Part shown: piece by piece, positions 1 to 11,430 of the stretch
How positions within the stretch are numbered: position 1 is the stretch's first letter
How the letters are laid out: each line of letters begins with the position of its first letter
Source of the DNA: Macrostomum lignano
Lineage: Eukaryota
Reading direction: 5' to 3'
Assembly: GCA_002269645.1 (NCBI GenBank)
Contig: NIVC01001942.1
Span: 65,617-129,616, forward strand
Length of the DNA: 64,000 nt
The notes under the pieces: generated by a model
What the model was told of the DNA's origin: nothing
The model's database searches: none
The model's input: the letters and a program-made list of their open reading frames with translations, nothing else
Program-made: the position numbers and the translations under genes

Positions 1-128
1 ATTTTAAAAATTCAAAAAGTAGTCTGTAGAAGAGATTTGCTGCTATCAGTTCATAAAATTTTAAATCACAGGAAGCTATAAAACGAGAGCTACAGTTAAA
101 AGTATCACTACTTTTTGGACACCCCTCG
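1..128. mobile_element. End of a Tc1/mariner-like DNA transposon (one terminal inverted repeat; the element continues outside the window)
   Basis: Reverse complement reads CGAGGGGTGTCCAAAAAGTAGTGATAC, a mariner-type TIR start. It is followed by TA at 129-130, the Tc1/mariner TSD. The partner end is not in the window. Confidence 0.5.
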
Positions 129-264
129 TAGATACTAGTGCTCATTGTAATTTTATTCATGTTCAAACTTGCCAAGCACTAATAATTATTTTTGCTTCCT
201 TGCTAAAGCCTAAAATTGGCATTATCACTTCTACAACCCAGGGGAGGCAACAAAGTATGTGGCC

Positions 265-460
265 ATGGATTTCTCCTTGCTCCACCTGCAGGGACTTAAC
301 CAACCCTTGAATCACAACCCCATACAATCTGAGCTAGAGTGATGTTACATAATGGATTTCTCCTTGCTCCATCTTCAGGGACTTAACCAACCCTTGAATC
401 ACAACTCCATACAATCTGAGCTAGAGTGATGTTACGTAATGGATTTCTCCTTGCTCCACC
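265..460. repeat. 87-bp tandem repeat, about 2.2 copies
   Basis: ATGGATTTCTCCTTGCTCCA recurs at 265, 352 and 439. Confidence 0.9.
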
Positions 461-571
461 TTAAGGAACAGATATTTATCATATTTCGAGTACATTTAAT
501 ATGCTCTAGAGAATTCATAGTGTTAAATTGAAATTAAAAGTGTTTAGGGACTTAACCAATGGCACATTGTC

Positions 572-1400
572 ATGTACACGAATGACCAAGCAACACTCCT
601 ATCATCCCGCAGCCTATGGTTAATAGACGGCACATTCGACATAGTGCGTCTACCATTCAAACAGCTATATTCGATCCATTGTTATTTGCACCAAGGCACT
701 ACTTTGAAGAACATTCTGCTTACATTTGCTTTGACGTCAGGGAAGTCTTGCATGATTATAATTCTATCTTTAATTTACTTAAGAATATAATTGGAGGCCA
801 GACAGGTCCTTAGTCATGCGTGCTTGATTTTGAAGCTGCTGTCTAGCAGTCACTGCACTGTTTTTCCTTGTGCTAAATTGCAAGGCTGCCTATTCCACTA
901 CTCCCCAAGCAATTTTTCGTCTTATACAGCACATGGGCCTCTAGCAAGCCTATCTCGAGGACCCTGGCATGCAAAAATTCTGCCACTTGCTGATGGCGCT
1001 GCCTTATCTGCCAGGCAAACACATGGCTGATAGGCTTGCCCAGGTTATTGCTGGTGTTCAGTCTCCAGAACTACTTGACCTTGCCAAGTACGTCACCAGC
1101 ACCTGGCTGGATAGCCTGGTGCATAGTGTCCAAGAGATAAGCATGTTTGTCCAGTCAATTCAAACTAACAACGAGTGCAAAGGCTGGCACTGGCAACTGA
1201 AGCAGCGGGCAAAGCACACCCAGCTGACTCTGTATCCGCTAATGGAGTTGCTGCACAAGGAAGCCGAGCTTGTGCTAGTTTATGCCTCCCTGGTGCACAA
1301 GCAAGGAGCCCAAGAGCATCAATGCAATTTGCATTACTAGCAGCTGCAGGAGTCTGCAGAGCGCAACTGGGCTAAATATTGAGCTGGCAAACTCTCCATC
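572..1400 (+). pseudogene. Degenerate Mutator-like (MULE) transposase
   Basis: MULE motifs are spread over three frames: LWLIDGTF..PFKQLYSIH (572-790), LQGCLFHY (791-1030), and YVTSTWL...TNNECKGWH..L (969-1340; consensus RTNNxxEGWH). Frameshifts and stops are present. Confidence 0.8.
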
Positions 1401-1933
1401 CATAGCTTCCTCCTTAGCTGCTCTCACCTGGGTCACATCCCTCAGTTCAATGGTCAAGTGCAAGGCCATCAATGACTTAATGAGTATATATTAAAAGTAC
1501 ATAAGTTCTTGCTTGATTTTTAAAATCAGCCATGGAATTATTCTATTTGGAAAAATCATACTTGCAAATTGTGCAACTTTGAAATTTTACTCAGCTATAT
1601 TTTTTGCATAATACTAGCTGGTACTATTAATTCTGCAGTAATTTAAATTTATAGGTCTTAATGCTCTTTGTGCTTTGTGAACTTTGTGATCTTTGTGCCT
1701 ATATGTAGCTACAAATTATGGTATTTAACAACTATCTTTGTGGGTCGTAACTCTGCCATTATTTAGTCCATCATAATGTAAAAGGAGGAGGGCAACTATA
1801 TGTAGATACATTTACATGTATAATGTATAATCTTTATCTTTATATATGTAGTTGCATGTACAAGTATATATGTTACATATAACAAAGTTTTCAAAGTTTT
1901 TCATACAGAAAGTGGATGACAAAGTGTCCACAT

Positions 1934-2519
1934 CCATAGTCAGGATCATGTCATAGTATATGCCAGAATAAAAAGTAACCTAAAAAAATCTATGCCACTT
2001 CATACTGAAACGTACGCCAAGGTCCTAGGAACTTACGTCAGGTTTTTTAGGCTTTGCGACAATAAATGACCTTTTTTGCGTGTTACACTTTTTAACAATA
2101 AAAATTTAACAAATGTGTGGTTTTCATTTAAAGTAAATTGGCTTACAGATAATGCCAACAAAAATCAATTTCTAGTTTGTTTTTTTTAGAAAATTAACAT
2201 GATTAGTTTGCGTGGAATTTTAAATTTTTATAAATCACAAGTAGTTATGAATTTTCATCTTACAAGTTTTACGGTTTTTATGATTTTATAATAAGATTCT
2301 AAGGTTATGGCGTTATGCTAACAATTGTTAATATTAACTTTGGCATGAAGGTTGGAGTTGGCATACGCTGCTTGGCGTATTTACGCCACGGGGTCATGCC
2401 AAAAGGTACGCCAAATATATTTTGCCTCATTTTTTATGCCAATTGTAAAACAAAAAAAAGTTAAATTTTCAATTGTACACCAGAAATTTCAGGCATAAAG
2501 TATATCATCCTGACTATGG
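1934..2519. mobile_element. Non-autonomous DNA transposon (MITE) with 13-bp TIRs and an 8-bp TSD
   Basis: CCATAGTCAGGAT (1934-1946) pairs with ATCCTGACTATGG (2507-2519). Flanks are GTCCACAT and GTCCATAT (7/8 match). Internal TA(C/T)GCC motifs occur in both orientations. Confidence 0.7.
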
Positions 2520-3287
2520 GTCCATATTAGTAATATGGATGATGAAGTGGTAAGATGATGAAGTGTCCAACAATAAGAGTGGATGACAAAGTGTCCAGGA
2601 ACTATATAGACATAGCATAGGTTTACTTTAAAGGTAAAAGAAAATATGAGCTTTTTTGAGCTTTAACTATACATCAAAATTATATAGATTATAGATATAA
2701 TCTTTAAGGTAAAAGCCCATATAGCACTAAAACAACTATGAAATTTTCTGAGCCTTCAGATTTTTAAGTGTCTTAAGACCAGCTTATATAACTACTAGAA
2801 AAGCAAAAAGTATAACCTGTACTTTAATTTGATTGTCTTAAATTTTAAATTAAATCAAAGCTAGTAAAATCCATGCCTATATTATAAGATATATGATAGC
2901 ACAAATGGCACTGCTGTATTTATATATTATTTATGCAAACTTTTAATATAGCGACTTTGCTATTTCCAGTGTCACAACCAGAAAATTAATGAAAGGGCAT
3001 ATCCTAAGACAGAAGTGGGATAAAGACTGAAAGGGGCAGAGGGGCAAAACTTGCATTTTGGCAAAATTTTACTTGGAACCCCTTGAAATTTTTTCTGGGT
3101 CTCCATCAAATGTGGGCGGAAACAATTTTTTTATCATTTACTCCAGACTTCGAGACTTGTCACTTGACTTGGGAAGGTTGCTAAACAGTAAATCAAGATC
3201 ACCTCACCTGTATTTCTTCTTATCAGATTCACTGATGATAAACTCTCCTTGACGCAAAAAATCATAATTTTCTACTATTTGCATTAA

Positions 3288-3773
3288 AATCTTTAGCAGC
3301 TGGCAGATCCCAAAAAGATCGTCTATGCTAACGGCCTATACTGTGGGTTAAACTTTTTCTTCGAAAATTCGACGAAAAAAGATATATTCAAAATAGTTTA
3401 AAAAATACATGGAAGCCTAATTATAACAATAATTTTTACATTTTAATACGCTTAAACCTCATCAACAAAGTTTAGTCGTGCTTCTGGGTATATCTTCTGG
3501 ACAAAATATATAAGTTTAGACGTATTTAATAATCTTTAGCAGCTGGCAGATCCCAAAAAGATCGTCTATGCTAACGGCCTATACTGTGGGTTAAACTTTT
3601 TCTTCGAAAATTCGACGAAAAAAGATATATTCAAAATAGTTTAAAAAATACATGGAAGCCTAATTATAACAATAATTTTTACATTTTAATACGCTTAAAC
3701 CTCATCAACAAAGTTTAGTCGTGCTTCTGGGTATATCTTCTGGACAAAATATATAAGTTTAGACGTATTTAAT
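3288..3773. repeat. 243-bp direct tandem duplication, 2 copies
   Basis: AATCTTTAGCAGCTGGCAGATCCC starts at 3288 and 3531. The copies look identical by eye. Confidence 0.92.
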
Positions 3774-4011
3774 AAGTATAGGGCCTAAGCAAAAAGTAAA
3801 TTTGATTCCCCTGCCTCTGGATCCGAGCTCGTTCTCTAGCTGCCCGCCTTTAATCACTTTGAACAGTTTTAGCTAGGCCCATTGGTCGCGTAATTTGATG
3901 GCATTATTTGATGGCAGTGTGAACTGTGAACAAGCCTTTACTCCACCTTGTGTTATTGATCGTAGCCATATGCCTATGTATCAATATCAATATGATAGAC
4001 CTATATATAAA

Positions 4012-4603
4012 GGCAGTGCTTATCCCCACGGTACCGTAGGAATAATTTCTGTCTTATTCCAACGGTACCGTGGGGATAATTTTCTGCTTATCCGCACGGC
4101 ACATTGACGAGATAGCTGCCCCATCTTCTACATATGCCGTGGGAATAATTTTCTGCTTATCCGCACGGGTGAATTGTTGAAGCAATGCAATAATCTATAC
4201 AAACAAATTGAGAATTTACATGTCTAGTAAGAAGTCTACAGAAGCAGCGGCAATGGACTTTTCGGGGATGTCGGGATTAGACTAGTTGCTAAAAGTTCCT
4301 AAATTGTAAACAATTACTAGAGCAATTCATCTTAAATCATACGTCATAAATACAAAAAAGTGTTTTTTTGCGTAAAAAGGCCATTAAATCTTTACTTCTA
4401 TCAAAATAATAGCCAAGCAAAGTTATGTTGTTATATTGCACTCAAACCGTAAGTACTAAACTAAATTATGAACCCACGGCATATGTAGAAGATAGGCAGC
4501 TATCTCGTCAGTGTGCCGTGCGGATAAGCAGAAAATTATCCCCACGGTACCGTTGGAATAAGACAGAAATTATTCCTACGGTACCGTGGGGATAAGCACT
4601 GCC
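4012..4603. mobile_element. Mutator-type MITE with about 131-bp TIRs and a perfect 9-bp TSD
   Basis: 4012-4143 (GGCAGTGCTTATCCCCACGGTACCG...) is the inverted copy of 4473-4603. ATATATAAA flanks both sides (4003-4011 and 4604-4612). Long G-initiated TIRs with a 9-bp TSD are MULE hallmarks. Confidence 0.88.
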
Positions 4604-5335
4604 ATATATAAATTATGGTCTATCTTCCAAATCTTCATCTGTTAGGCTAATGTATTTCTAAATAAATATTCCAGAACTTTTAATGAGATTTAGTTCTATT
4701 TAATATATGGCCTACTTGACTTGACTTAGTAAAGTCAAAGTCAAAGTATAAATGTTTGCCTATTTATTAGTATTATTAGTATAGTAGGCCACCTAGGGTA
4801 GGCTGCTTATCAATGCTCATGTCTCATCATGTGCAAACCAATTAATTAATAGAATCATAGGGCCTTAGTTAGACCTTACTAGATCCTTAACTAGATCCTT
4901 AATTAGTTAGATCCTTAACTATGAATGATAGTTAGAGCAGAAATTTTGGAATAGGCCCTAATGTTGCATTATTTTATAACAGTATCCTTGGCAATCAATG
5001 CACTTGCCATTGGCATTGGTTGTGTAGCACCCAGATGCCATTGGCATTGGTAGCCTATAGAACTCAGCCAGTTGGTCCTCTAGCCACTAGTTGGCAAAGG
5101 TGATAACCTCTTTGTTAGACTTAAAATGATACCTACAAAATGGCGGCATTCCTTCGGTTTACGATCATTTTTCCACCCACATTTCAGTTCACGATCCCCA
5201 TGTAATTTTTCATATAAATGATCATAGCTTGCTTGAAATAAACAAAAATTGTTAAACTGAGCTTATTCGTTACATTAGAAAAAACTAAACGGAATAGCCA
5301 ACAAATGGTTTCTTTCATGGCATGGCGATGACGAG

Positions 5336-5888
5336 GATCCTATATATCCACTTTGGTTTACGATCATTTAAATAAAAGAGATACATGTAAATGATCGTGA
5401 ACCGAAGCTAGCGTATGTGTGTAACGGGGTTTTGGTGTTTTACAAGCTCTATCTGAAATCAATCACTATCTCAATACATGGCTAGCTTCGGTTCACGATC
5501 ATTTACATGTATTTTTTCCATTTAAATGATCGTGTACCGAAGCTGAGGGGGGTGTCGAAGACATATGTAGTCATATATTTATTTGGTGGCTTGTTGGCGA
5601 TTGAAATGTCATCTTGAGTTAATGTGCGCTCCCAAGTAACTTGATGCTTTATTATTCTCTGCACGCTGCCACCCCCCTCAGCTTCGGTTTACAATCATTT
5701 AGATGTAAGCAATACATATAAATGATCGTGAACTGAAGCTAGCCATGTATTGAGATAGTGATCGATTTCAGATAGAGCTTGTAAAACACCAAAACCCCCT
5801 TACACACATACGCTAGCTTCGGTTCACGATCATTTACATGTATCTTTTCCATTTAAATGATCGTAAACCAAAGTGGATATATAGGATC
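5336..5888. mobile_element. Foldback-like element with about 217-bp inverted arms built from internal repeats
   Basis: 5336-5552 and 5672-5888 are near-perfect inverted copies. The arms carry repeated ACGATCATTT/AAATGATCGT motifs, with more copies near 5155-5225. Confidence 0.8.
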
Positions 5889-6352
5889 ATCTTTGGATTC
5901 TTGGAACTGTGAAATGGATCACTATAACCCCTTTGCCTTCTTTTTTTCATTTGAACATGCAGCTAGTGTTATGATGGATAAATAAAAAGGATTGGAGTGC
6001 TTGTCTACACTGTTTTTTTTTGCATTTTGATGAAATAAACAACAATTTTGTATCTTCCCTATCTTTCCAATGGGGATCGTCACTAATTTCAATGATCGTA
6101 AATTGAAGGAATGCCAAAGTGGCCACTTGAGCCAAGCCTTAATAGAATAAATAGAAATTAGGTGCTAGTACCAAGTCTAATAAATAGGCTAGATCTTGAT
6201 AAGAAAAAATTTCGAATATTTTGTAAGTCTAGCCATTTTATCTAGACTAGACTATATATTGTTCATATCTTATAAGCTTGCTAAAATTAAAATATAGGCC
6301 TATCTTTATAAATAATATTAAAAAAGAATAGTATATAAAAGTAATTGAACTA

Positions 6353-6666
6353 TAACCCGCATAGCAAAATTATGTATCCAATAAAAAGTGGGACATCTCC
6401 AATATGCAACTTTTTTGGTTATAGGAATATCCTTGATATGAATCCAATTTTTTATGATCCTTTAAAAAAGCTTGTTTCTACAAAAATGGTGAACAGATAA
6501 TGCTTGTAATTTTGTTGATTATTTATTCCACCATTTTTGTAAAAACAAGCTTTTTTAGAGGATCATAAAAATTGGAAATGTATCGAGGATGTTCCAGCAA
6601 CCAAAAAAGTTATATATCAGAGACATCCTACTTTTTATTGGATACATAATTTTGCTATGCGGGTAA
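6353..6666. mobile_element. Hairpin MITE, almost wholly palindromic, with probable TA TSD
   Basis: ACCCGCATAGCAAAATTATGTATCCAATAAAAAG at 6355 pairs with CTTTTTATTGGATACATAATTTTGCTATGCGGGT ending 6664. Imperfect pairing continues towards the centre. TA flanks both sides. Confidence 0.78.
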
Positions 6667-6841
6667 TAGGCCTATGGAGCACCTAAAATATAAGGGATAT
6701 ACAATAAGTTTAGGATGCACAAAGTAGGAAGGTGATGTACTTATTTTGGCATAGTAAGTATTATTATTTCAAACAAATTTTTCTATAAAGATTATGCTGC
6801 ATATACAAAAAGCTAATATACCCCTTGACATAGAATTCACA

Positions 6842-7455
6842 ATGGAGCTCAATAAAAGCCATTGTAGAGAAAATTATTTATTATGATTACAAAAGTGGTT
6901 TAAGGTAATAAAAGAGCTTTGAGGGACTTAAAATGGCTTTTGACAATGAAGCACTTCCTAGGACCATAGTTTTTGAATAGTTTGTTAAATTTTGATATTG
7001 CCAATAGTCTAGATGATAAAGAGCATAGCAGCTGGCCTATCTCTATAGCAAGCAAAAAGAATATTGCTTTTATTTGGGCCATGATTGAGGATGATGCCAG
7101 GGTAACTGTGGCCCAAATAAAGGCAAAAATGGGCACTTCATTAGGAACTATCTGCGCAATATTGCATTCAAGGCTCAACCTGAGCAAGATTTCTATATGA
7201 TAGGTGCCTCATCACCTGATAGAAAGCAAATAAGACTCATATGGCTCTTTACCATGCTATGCTCAACAGATTTAATGGTAGCCACTCAAACTTAGTCTAG
7301 GAAATTGTCAGTGATGACATCCTAGATCTATAGTTTTAACCCATTGACTAAGCAATACTTGACTATTGACCTAGTAGACACTAGTTAGAGGTGCTGTACC
7401 ATTGAAGCTGCAGTGAAAGTGCAGTATGTCAAAGCAAATGGTGGCCATTTTTGTA
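6842..7455 (+). pseudogene. Internally deleted, degenerate mariner transposase
   Basis: Recognisable pieces: YDYKSGL; FDNEA..RT.VFE*F.KF (first HTH); SLDD...P....NI....MIEDDARVT...I...MG.S.GTI..ILH (second HTH); IS.**VPH (RWVPH); EIV..D.S*IYSFNP.TKQ (GDExWIY); then a C-terminal YVKANGGHF. Confidence 0.85.
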
Positions 7456-7503
7456 ACAAGAGCTGGTCATATAGCAACCATGCAACTTGTGCAGTAGCAC
7501 ATA

Positions 7504-10500
7504 CACGGTTAGGCTGGGCACTGATATTGGGGAAAAAATTGCCACAAGATGGCACCTATGTACCATTAAACTACTGCCTTTCTGTAGTTCAGAAAGCCCA
7601 CTCATTAAAATTCATGTGCCTATCTTTGTGTACAATCTGTGTACAATTGCTCTCATTAATTGCTCTCGTTAATAAGACAAGCAGAAATTTTTAGCAAGTG
7701 ACAGACTCAATGTATACTTGTACAAAAAAGAGTACAAGATTACAAGAAGTTTATTTAGGTTAATGTTTGTGTAGTATTATTGCTTGTTTTACTTGTTAAC
7801 TAGCTTGTAAGTTAGTAAGTTAAATAATTTTACGATTTCTAACATTACAAATTGTTTACATTTAAATACTCGGAAACAGCATGGGTTTTATAGAAAAATT
7901 TCGAAATAACTATATTCTTTTTGTGTAGCAAGTTCCTCAAATATTAACCAGAACTACATGCATTTCTGCAATAATATTGCAAGGTACGCTCGTATTAGCA
8001 TATAAAGTAGCAAAAGTATGAAAGCTTTCTACAGTACAGGAGCTTGCAAAAATTTTAGTATTTTAAATTTATAGGGTCCTTTGAATACTACTTTACTGTA
8101 AGACTAACAACCACTGCCATTTCTTTTACCGGTAAAGCAGAAAACCGAGTTACCGGGATTAAATGTGGTGGCTGTTGTAAGCAACCACGGCGCGCAAAAG
8201 ATTTTGGCCAAACTCAGCATGGTGCGCTGGCAGGCTGTACCGTGACCACGTTTTGGCAAAATCAGAGTGAACACTCTCCACTGCTTGCTCGCTGCAGCTG
8301 CCAAGCGCTTGCCCTGTCCGCCGGCAGAACTCTCCAACATGGCAAAAGACAACGTGAACTTTTGGGGTGACAGGCAAGCTTAAGCTCATGTAGGCCAGTC
8401 GAAAATTCTCAATTGCCTCTTCAAAGTCTGCCGCCAATTCGGTTCCAAAGGCACTGCTGACCAGCCGATCGAACGCCATCAGACACGCCCCGTACGGCTG
8501 TAATGGTGGAGGCAGATCAGCGTGAAGCTGCGGTGATTTGCGGAGCAGCTGGCGGCAGGCGTTTACTTCCATCATGCCACCTCTGTAATCAGCTCGAATA
8601 ATGCCATGCTGATGAGCCCACTCGAACGCGCGATTCGCACCCCAAGCTTGGTTGAGCTTGTCCAGCAGTCGGTTGCTGACTCCAAGGAGCAGGTGCAGCT
8701 CAGGTGGCGGCAGAAGCATCAAAACTTCTTTGTCATCATCGCCTGGTAGCAGTGGCATGTTGACACAGTTTTTAAAGTTCTTTGCCTTTGCACAAACTTG
8801 GCCAGCTGCTTGAAACTGCTGAGCAAACTGCCGAATTCTCCCAAGAGTTCTTGGCACACCATTTTCTGTAAGAGGAGCCAGAGCTTCGCAATAGGGGCAC
8901 GGATGTGTACAGGAATGAGGTTGCAGTCCGCAGATGATGTTTGCAACTTTCATATCTGCAGTGACTGGGATTTGAAGTTCGTTGACAGCGATCGCCTCGA
9001 GCAGAGCCTGAATATTTCCGTAAGTCTCAGGAACGTCGTTGACGATCGCAAGCAACAGGATCTTCTTGACACCCGTGTCACAGAATTTCCTGCTGTTGGC
9101 TCCTTGAGTTCCGATTTCGGGTTTTGCGTTAGAGCCAATTATCGAAACGCAAACTTTAAAAAATCCGCCGCCACCATCGAGACCCAGCAGACAGTGAAAA
9201 TCATTGAAACTGCATTGCTGAGCAACATGTGCAATGAGTTTGACCGAGTCGTTGCAGACAACAGTCGGGCGGCAAATAGTGTCGGCTGTTGCGGCAGTCG
9301 AGGTCAGCTCCGAGAACTGGAGATTCTGGATGTCGAAGTAATCCTCTAATGCTCGATTTTGCTGTACCAAAATTTTCTTCAAGTTTGACTCGACTGCACG
9401 AGATGAGCTCGCGCCAGCACGAAGCACTTGAGCAGCCTGTAGCACTTGATTGTTGCTCAGATTCAGAGTTGTTTTCAAGTGCATCATAGTGTCCGTCCTC
9501 GTTGGAGGAAAGCTCGCACTGCTGTTTTGAGCAACATGCACAGCAACTCGAATCGGATGGCCGCCTCGATGTCTGGCCAGAGTGATCGAATTCGAATCCG
9601 CCGTCGACCCACCCGTCTTTTCGGCAATGCAGTTGCTGGCCAGCATCTCCCTTGTCCTTGGGCTGACTGTTTGCTCGATGTTAGTCACCTTAGCTGTCGA
9701 GTTGCATTTGTGCTATTTGCCACGCCCAACTGGAGAATGACAGTATGAGCAGGAAAGCACAGCCGTTGCTCCTTCAGCTGGCGCTGGGGATCTTTCGCGT
9801 GGTCGACCAGGTGGGGCTCGAGCAGGACCTGTTGTGTAAGGCGTCTTTGGATCGCTGCCTTTGTGGTGATTGCCACGAGCCATTTCGCACAGTTGGCAGT
9901 TGCAATCCAGTCTGCTTCTGGTGGCTGGAGGCAGACTCTTCATGTCGGCTATTATCTTCTCGTAATCTGGTCGCGGTGGCAGAGCACGAGGCGTCAGACT
10001 TCTTAGTGACGATAAAACGCGCCTGCAGCCCTGGCAAACTCCTTCAGGTAGAAAGTGCCGCACTGCCTCGTAGTCCTGGAACAAGTCGGCTGCCACGGAT
10101 TCGAAATTAGAGCAAGAAGAAATCAGCGCAGAAGCTCGTCTCAAGCAGAGCAGGCACAAACTTTGCCTGTTCTCGTTATGAGTTTTTTTTGTCGTTGGCA
10201 TTGTAGACAGTACAAGCTATGCAAACAGCTCTTTCAGTTCAGGCACTCGCTTGTTTTAGATCAAATAGAACTAGATCAAACCTTTATAAGTAAATTGAGC
10301 AGTATGATAACCAAGTTAACACACCTGGCAGAAATATTACAAAGCAATTATAGATAAGATACTACTGTGTTATTACTATTGATAAATTCCTCTTTATGAC
10401 TGCAATTATAAGGCATAAGCTACCTGTGGTGCAGCGTTTTATTGCTCAAGCAGATATGGGGCAATATTTACTCCCAAAGTCCTTTGTGGTCTATTCATAA

Positions 10501-10709
10501 TTATCATCTGATTAGCAAAAATTCTATTAGAGCAATAAAATATTTTGTTTTAAAGTGTACCGAAACATATAGTGCCATACACAGCAAAGATAGGCACATG
10601 AATTTTAATGAGTGGGCTTTCCAAACTACAGAAAGGCAGTAGTTTAATGGCACATAGGTGCCGTCTTGTGGCAATTTTTTCCTCAATATCAGTGCCCAGC
10701 CTAACCGTG
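7504..10709 (-). mobile_element. Full-length Chapaev-type (CMC/Transib/RAG1-related) DNA transposon, 3206 bp
   Basis: 125-bp TIRs at 7504-7628 and 10585-10709 (5 mismatches), 5'-CACGG...CCGTG-3' termini, 3-bp TSD ATA (7501-7503 and 10710-10712), and one internal transposase. Confidence 0.88.
8159..10201 (-). pseudogene. Chapaev/RAG1-like DDE transposase, about 680 codons, interrupted by one in-frame TAG at 9713-9715
   Basis: ORFs 9713-10201 and 8159-9688 are in the same frame (...GRGK*HKCNSTAKVTNIEQ...). N-terminal H-x7-C-x2-C / P-x3-C-x2-C / C-x-C-x2-C zinc module (Chapa-like), then GRPR. Core motifs LGLDGGG, ADMKVANIICGLQPHSCTHPCPYC, PELHLLLG, TPKVHVVFCH and SEQAVESVH give DDE plus C-x2-C and H-x4-H. 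Confidence 0.88.
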
Positions 10710-11430
10710 ATAGTCATTGGCAACTAGTATACCAACTATTGCCTACCTGAAGTGCTAAGTGCCACCTAAGGACTCAAGCTTAGGAGTGCTTTTTTTAACC
10801 TTTCCAGCAATATAAAATCAAACCTAGATTATGATAACTTAAACCAAGTTATAATTTATGATAAAATAAACCAAGTTTCTTGTGCCAAGTTTATAGGCAT
10901 CCAGTCTAATTTCTAATAGGATTAGACATATGAATTGCATACATGGTTCTGATAGTAATGGCAATGATAATAGCATTGACAAAAAATTACTAGCAGGGTG
11001 CACATGGATAACTTCTCTTCTGATCCAATTGGCAAGGCAAATATTATGTTTGCAAAGCTTGTAGCTTGTTATTTGCTTTAAAAACTATTTCAAGTTTTTT
11101 CAAGAAAAGCTTTCTATTTGAATTGCAATTACAGTATGATTTTGTCACTGAGAAGTTCTGGCATCGAAAGAAATAAATTGAAAAAATCACTGCATTTCAT
11201 CGATAATATCTGTTATGGAATAATCATGATGCATCTTATTTGGCTTTCTTGATCTGATCAGCTTTGTATATTAGTAGAATGTCCCGCGACTTACAGTGTC
11301 TTGCTAAGATGTGTTCTGCATACTCTGTGTCTGCACCTATTAATCTTATTTCTTATTTCTTATTCCATATAAGATATCTAAGTTGGCAGTGGATAAAATC
11401 AAAACCTTTTTGCATGCAAAAAGTCTAACA

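Noticed and set aside
7629-8158. RAG2-like partner gene in the Chapaev element (ProtoRAG-like)
   Set aside because: Only about 0.5 kb of AT-rich sequence with no suitable ORF; the element is too small.
11405-11430. TTGCATG upstream of NEDD8 as a spliced-leader remnant (retrocopy)
   Set aside because: Only 7 nt, compared with my memory of the leader; no poly-A tail or TSD.
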